In this document: in pieces, positions 15,871 through 20,307 of the stretch | Position numbering within the stretch: the first letter of the stretch is position 1 | How the letters are laid out: every line of letters starts with the position of its first letter | The notes under the pieces: model-generated | The model's input: only the letters and a program-made list of their open reading frames with translations | Databases searched by the model: none | What the model was told of the DNA's origin: nothing | Position numbers and translations under genes: made by a program | DNA from: Thermoproteota archaeon | GTDB taxonomy: Archaea; Thermoproteota; EX4484-205; JAAOZP01 | Assembly (NCBI GenBank): GCA_049700215.1 | Contig: JBNAVT010000032.1 | Span: 1-20,307, forward strand | DNA: 20,307 bases | Reading direction: 5' to 3'

Positions 15871-16821
15871 ATGAGGAGAAGGGTTGCAATCCTGGTTGAA
15901 AAAGGGAGAATAGAGCTGGTTGAGGAGGAAATCCCCCGCTTGGGTGAGGAGGATGTGCTGGTGAAAGTTAGGGCTTGCGGCATATGCACCGGCGACCTTT
16001 ACGGTTTCTCAGGGTACCCGGTTTGGTTTAAACTACCCTCCCCGCTGGGCCACGAGCCCGCGGGGGAGGTTGTTGAAGCCGGCGCTAAAGTAGCCCGGTT
16101 TTCAAAGGGAGACCGTGTCACCGCCTTAGGAGGCCCCGGTTTCTCAGACTTCGTCTTGGTGAATGAAAGCCAGGTGGAGAAGATACCGGGGAACATTCGC
16201 TTCGAACACGCGATAGGGGAGCCGCTTGCCTGCGTAGTTAACGCTGTGAGGCTCGTCAACCCGAGGCTCGGCGACAATGTTGCGGTGGTCGGCACTGGTT
16301 TCATGGGGCTGCTTCTCGTTCAGGCTTTAAGCCGGCTGGGTTTAAGAAGACTAGCCGGCGTCGACGTGAATAATGAGAGGCTTAGGCTGGCTGAAAACTA
16401 TGGGGCAAACATCGTCTTGAATCCGGGTGAGAGGGATGTTGTCGAGGAAACTCTTGCCGTAACTGGGGGTGAAGGGTTTGACACGGTGATTGAGGCTACT
16501 GGAAACCCGGGGGGAGTCGGGTTGGCGACTAGAATGGTGAAGCGGAGGGGCAGGCTCGCGATATTCAGCTACCATCCCAACCCGGTTTCAGTAGACTTGA
16601 GAGAATGGGATTCGAAAGGACTGGAAGTAATAATGACAAGCCCCTCGAGAGCAGAGGACATGAGGGAGAATTTTAAAATAGCTGTAGAAATGCTTTCAAG
16701 AGGAGTTTTCAACCTTGAGAAGCTTGTCACTCACAAGTGGAGCCTCAACGATATTCAGAAGGCTTTCGAATACGCGTCGAAGAAACCGTTAGACTACATA
16801 AAGGGTGTTATAGTCCCTTGA
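15871..16821 (+). CDS. Zinc-binding medium-chain dehydrogenase lacking the structural-Zn lobe
   Basis: Has CGICTGD, GHEPAG, GEPLAC and GTGFMG. GDRV is followed directly by GGPGFSDF with no four-Cys loop. AAAACTTTTATT lies ~25 nt upstream of the ATG. Confidence 0.9.
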   Translation: MRRRVAILVEKGRIELVEEEIPRLGEEDVLVKVRACGICTGDLYGFSGYPVWFKLPSPLGHEPAGEVVEAGAKVARFSKGDRVTALGGPGFSDFVLVNESQVEKIPGNIRFEHAIGEPLACVVNAVRLVNPRLGDNVAVVGTGFMGLLLVQALSRLGLRRLAGVDVNNERLRLAENYGANIVLNPGERDVVEETLAVTGGEGFDTVIEATGNPGGVGLATRMVKRRGRLAIFSYHPNPVSVDLREWDSKGLEVIMTSPSRAEDMRENFKIAVEMLSRGVFNLEKLVTHKWSLNDIQKAFEYASKKPLDYIKGVIVP

Positions 16822-16969
16822 GCACGAGCGTTGAAACACCGTGGTTCAAAATTGGTTAAGGATGTTAAGCCGAATGCTTGAAACACGCTCCGAAACTCAG
16901 CTTAAAAGGCTCCTGCTCGCGCCAATAGTTTTCGCTCCTAAACTCCTCTCAAGCTTCCTCCTAGACGGG

Positions 16970-18559
16970 CTATGCTTCCTGCTCAAGGGTTTGGAGAGCC
17001 CAAGATATTTTCTTCTGCAGAGACTTGGAGTATATTTTGCTCCAGTCGAAGGATGTTTTCCTACTCCACTCCAAGTATATTCTCGGATCTATATAGCTGT
17101 TCAGGCTGGTGTTTAGATTGTAGTCTCTCGTTCTCCTCATGAGTTCAAGCTTAATCCTCTCCTTCTGAAGCCTTTCCCTAAGCCTCTTCAGCCTTCTCCT
17201 ACGGGCCTTAGTGGGCTTCTCCTTGAGAATCCTCTTCACCTCCTCTATTTCGCCAAGGACTTTCCCAACCCTTTCAACCTGCTTCTCGAGACGCTGAGCC
17301 CAGTTCTTAGGCAGGGTTCTCTTATGGTTTAGAGTCTTCGCCGCCTCAAGGTTCGCCAGCTTAGCTATGAAGAGCTTCTTATACTCCGGGTCCTCCGGGC
17401 GCGTTTTAAACTCGTAAAGTTTTTCAAGAACCGCTTTCGAAGCATAGTATGTTCTGAAGATTTTAGAGGTTAAGCCTGGCATGGCTTTTGACAGAAACTC
17501 GTTAACATGCTCAGACCTGAGCTTTGGAAAAAGCCTTCTGCCAGGTGTCTTCTCAATCAGCTCCCTAAGGTTCCTGACTACAACCGGGGGAAGCCTAACC
17601 GTGCGGTGGAACCTCACAGCCGCCTTCCCGAGGAAATTGAACTCGACAGTATCCTCTCCAAGTATCTTAACGTTGCTCTTAGTCAGGGTTGTAACCCCCT
17701 TAGTGTCCAGCTCATCCTTATCCTTCTCGTCCCCGACCCTAAGCTTCAAAAGGTCTATTAGGAAGATTGCTGTCGCAACCTGTCTTTCAAACTCGTCCCC
17801 AGACTCTAAGCCCTTCTTGACGAGCGTCTTTATCTTGCCCAGATTATCCTCGAGGCTCCTAGCCATGTCAAACTTGCTTCTCTCCCTCTCCTGCTTAACG
17901 GGAGCTGTTTCGCCGACCCATATGTACTTCATCTTCCCGGTGAGCCCGTCCTTCCACCTCGCTATCCAGAGGGCGTCTGGATCCCATACTCTCCCGCCCC
18001 ATGCCCCCCCGTCTGGAGCAGGCGGCGTAGGAGCGTCTGGAGAAAGGTTTAGAGTAATATCCTCATACTTAACCCTTGGCTTCCACCTCCCTCTTAAAGG
18101 GTGTTTCCCCTTCCCGATGAATATGCAGGGCGGCTCAACAGTAAACCTTGTCTCCACCTTCTCCCCGTCTATTATAGCGTAGCCATACTTCTGTTTAAGC
18201 TCCTCTCTCGCGAGCCTCCTCCTCTCGCTCAAGGCTTTCCTCTCCTCCTTAGTCATTGTTTCCCTCGACTGTTTCTCCTGCTCAACCCACTGCTTGACCT
18301 CGGAGAAATCTATCGCGTCGTTCTGCACGGAGCTGTTTAAACCTAGTGCGGCGTAAAAATCTTTGAGAAAGTTTTTCACGAACACCTTGTCCCCCAGCCT
18401 CTCAGGAGGCTGCTTTGCGAAGGCGACGGCCATCTCCTCCTGCTCAGGAGTCAGCCTAATCCTCTCCCCGTTCACCTTGATGAAGAGCCCCTTATACTCG
18501 TAGGGCGGTATGAATACTCCGTTGTGAACCAGTTGTCTCATGAAGCTTGTTTCGGTCAT
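16970..18559 (-). CDS. topIB: DNA topoisomerase IB, eukaryote-like archaeal type
   Basis: N-terminal LVHNGV and L.PEQEE.A, then EPPCIFIGKGKHP.RG.WK. The catalytic pentad is present: LRVGDEK (R), FLGK (K), KIFRTY (R), LNHKR (H) and TSLNSYIDPR (Y at 17093-17095), with a coiled-coil linker. Start is ATG 18559 or 18541. Confidence 0.95.
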   Translation of the reverse strand: MTETSFMRQLVHNGVFIPPYEYKGLFIKVNGERIRLTPEQEEMAVAFAKQPPERLGDKVFVKNFLKDFYAALGLNSSVQNDAIDFSEVKQWVEQEKQSRETMTKEERKALSERRRLAREELKQKYGYAIIDGEKVETRFTVEPPCIFIGKGKHPLRGRWKPRVKYEDITLNLSPDAPTPPAPDGGAWGGRVWDPDALWIARWKDGLTGKMKYIWVGETAPVKQERERSKFDMARSLEDNLGKIKTLVKKGLESGDEFERQVATAIFLIDLLKLRVGDEKDKDELDTKGVTTLTKSNVKILGEDTVEFNFLGKAAVRFHRTVRLPPVVVRNLRELIEKTPGRRLFPKLRSEHVNEFLSKAMPGLTSKIFRTYYASKAVLEKLYEFKTRPEDPEYKKLFIAKLANLEAAKTLNHKRTLPKNWAQRLEKQVERVGKVLGEIEEVKRILKEKPTKARRRRLKRLRERLQKERIKLELMRRTRDYNLNTSLNSYIDPRIYLEWSRKTSFDWSKIYSKSLQKKISWALQTLEQEA

Positions 18560-18636
18560 GGCTTGCGAGGGGGTTAAAAAGTTTCCCTGAAACACGGGGT
18601 AAAACTTTTATACAACTCTCTTAACTTTCCGGAAAA

Positions 18637-19239
18637 CTATTTAAGGCTTTTCACAACCATTCCTATTTGCAGCCAGTCCTCAACCATCACTTCAGACGCG
18701 CCTGGATTATAGAGAGCGGTGGCAGGGTGGTACGACGGTATGAGCTTGAAGCTCCCGTAGGACAGAGTGTTCACGTTGAAAACCTTCCCGTGGATGCTTC
18801 CCATGGACCCGGGCTTAATGCTGAACTTCCTGAAAAGCGTGTTAGTAGCCACGTTGCCCAGCGTGACGATCACCCTGGGCCTTATGAACCTTATCTGCAC
18901 GCTTAAATACGGGAAGCAGGCTTCAATCTCGTCGTCAGCAGGCTCCCTGTTACCCGGGGGGCGGCATTTGACAACGTTAGTCACGTACACGCTGCTCCTC
19001 TCCAAGCCAGCTGCCTTCAACAGTTTCTCGTTCAGAAACTTTCCCGCCTGGCCTACGAAGGGCCTGCCCTCCCTGTCCTCGTTGAAGCCCGGGGCCTCCC
19101 CTATGAGCATCACGCTTGCTTTCAAATCCCCGTCGCCGAAGACTACGTTGGTCCTGGCCTCGCTGAGCCTGCACCTGGTGCAACGCAACGCTTGCTTCAA
19201 TGCTTCTTCAAGCTCGTTCAACGCTTTTTCAACCCTCAA
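18637..19239 (-). CDS. udg: Uracil-DNA glycosylase family 4 ([4Fe-4S])
   Basis: CTRCRL, IGEAPG..ED..G.PFVG.AG, TNVVKCRPP.NR.P..EI.AC and YHPA motifs. Confidence 0.95.
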   Translation of the reverse strand: MRVEKALNELEEALKQALRCTRCRLSEARTNVVFGDGDLKASVMLIGEAPGFNEDREGRPFVGQAGKFLNEKLLKAAGLERSSVYVTNVVKCRPPGNREPADDEIEACFPYLSVQIRFIRPRVIVTLGNVATNTLFRKFSIKPGSMGSIHGKVFNVNTLSYGSFKLIPSYHPATALYNPGASEVMVEDWLQIGMVVKSLK

Positions 19240-19254
19240 AGCGAGATATGAATT

Positions 19255-19794
19255 TTACGAGGAACCCTGGCTCCTGGAGGCCGTCAAGCCTTTTTTAACG
19301 ATTGAAGCATACTCTGCAAGCCTTTCGCCGAGTAGCCTGCAGGCCTTCAAAGCCTCCTCACCCGGCTTGCCGACGGATACTGCACCATAATGCAGCGTGA
19401 CGCCGGGGGCAACATAGTCTGGAACGCCGAAGACAAGCATCCCGTAGTTCAGCATCGCCAGGATGATTGATAGGCAGGCAACCTCGTTCCCGCCTCCAAG
19501 CCCTCCTGAGCTGCTGAACGCGGCCCCGACCTTCCCCCTCATCCTGCCCCATGCTGGCATACCGGTTTTAGTGAAAAGCTCGTTCATCCTTATGGACATT
19601 GTTCCGCAATGCGTAGGGGTTCCGAAGGCGAAGCCATCGTTCTCCAGAAGGTCTTCAACAGTCACTTCCGAAACCCTTTTCAGAGAAACCTGGGCTCCAG
19701 CCTTTCTAGCGCCTTCCGCAACTGCTTCAGCCATCTTCTCAGTGTTCCCAGTATGGCTGTCGTAAGCCACCAGTATCCTAGTTTTCTCAGGCAT
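19255..19794 (-). CDS. Flavodoxin-like WrbA-family NAD(P)H-dependent oxidoreductase
   Basis: YDSHTGNTEKMA (FMN phosphate loop), FGTPT and KVGAAFSSSGGLGGGNE. ATG 19794 is favoured by TTTTAAAA ~25 nt upstream. Confidence 0.88.
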   Translation of the reverse strand: MPEKTRILVAYDSHTGNTEKMAEAVAEGARKAGAQVSLKRVSEVTVEDLLENDGFAFGTPTHCGTMSIRMNELFTKTGMPAWGRMRGKVGAAFSSSGGLGGGNEVACLSIILAMLNYGMLVFGVPDYVAPGVTLHYGAVSVGKPGEEALKACRLLGERLAEYASIVKKGLTASRSQGSS

Positions 19795-19856
19795 GCCTCT
19801 GGTTGGGGAAACGTTTTTTAAAACTTTTCGCAGCATGCTTACGCAGCCTTCGAAAA

Positions 19857-20307
19857 CTACCGGCATATTGCTCCACTTATCCTTATGAAGGGCGCTCCCT
19901 CCGATATTGGAAACTCCTTCTCGTAGCCGGGTCTCAGCGAGAGGCGTTTACCAACCGCGTCGATCCTGGAAATGTCTCTCAGTCTACAGATTATTTTCAA
20001 ACGCTTAACCGGAGTAGTCAGCTCCTTGTTCTTTAAAACGTACGCAAGCTCCGGCTCAATCTCTATCCTCCCGTCGTCAAGCCTGCACTCCGCCCTGACG
20101 AGGCCCTCCGCATAAACCCCGTTCTGAGTATCCTGGAAAATCTCCTCGTCACCCCAGTCGGAGGGCTGAATATAGATGTTGCTTACGCAGGGCCTCGGCT
20201 TACGCGTGGCTCCACGCGCGTTCCCAGCCTCAGCCCCACTCCTCGCGGTGAGCCTGGTGTGAAGCAGGTTCACCCCTTCTTCTGCAAGCAGGTTTTTAAA
20301 CCTCGCC
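19857..20307 (-). CDS. TldD/PmbA family protein, C-terminal part (runs off the right edge)
   Basis: The frame is open to the window end: ..LLHTRLTA..GNARG..PRPCVSNIYIQP..GVY..AY.LKN.ELTTPVK..IDAVG..PISEGAPFIRI, which is the TldD/PmbA C-terminal pattern. Confidence 0.85.
   Translation of the reverse strand, partial: ARFKNLLAEEGVNLLHTRLTARSGAEAGNARGATRKPRPCVSNIYIQPSDWGDEEIFQDTQNGVYAEGLVRAECRLDDGRIEIEPELAYVLKNKELTTPVKRLKIICRLRDISRIDAVGKRLSLRPGYEKEFPISEGAPFIRISGAICR

Noticed and set aside
16831-16887. TTGAAACAC repeated at 16831 and 16879, resembling CRISPR repeat 3' ends
   Set aside because: Only 9 bp and two copies, with no full-length repeat, leader or cas genes. The first copy is one arm of an imperfect palindrome between convergent genes.
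16970-19239. Viral origin of the TopIB + UDG pair (poxviruses encode both)
   Set aside because: The TopIB is the long eukaryote-like form and the UDG is family 4, not the family-1 viral type. The flanks are cellular genes with no viral hallmarks.
17481-19390. Long plus-strand ORFs 17481..18182 (233 aa) and 18767..19390 (207 aa)
   Set aside because: Ser/Leu/Phe-rich codon-mirror shadows of topIB and udg with no recognisable motifs.

Overview
About 20.3 kb of archaeal chromosome, inferred from BRE/TATA-type promoters, many apparently leaderless starts, an archaeal-type TyrRS, a LacS/CelB-type GH1 and a eukaryote-like type IB topoisomerase. Together these point to a TACK-type, probably thermophilic lineage. 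Left to right: the 5' part of tyrS (missed by the ORF track) divergent from a YbaK-family deacylase and a nitroreductase; a ~1.4 kb AT-richer patch of decaying toxin-antitoxin material (frameshifted RelE with an intact antitoxin, a truncated PaREP1/HEPN-like remnant, an orphan ORF and palindromes); phosphomannomutase/phosphoglucomutase; an SPL-like radical SAM protein. Next is a ~11 kb sugar/glycoside redox region: PHP metallohydrolase, amidohydrolase, three Gfo/Idh/MocA oxidoreductases (one YcjS-like, one with a probable CTG start, one lacking GxGxxG), DUF998, GH1 beta-glycosidase, two Zn-MDR dehydrogenases and MscS. The window ends with a minus-strand run of TopIB, family-4 UDG, a WrbA-like flavoprotein and the 3' end of a TldD/PmbA gene. 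I see no tRNA, rRNA, CRISPR array or intact transposase. The best candidate for an undescribed system is an archaeal keto-glycoside/oxidative sugar pathway. All family calls come from motif recognition, not database searches.
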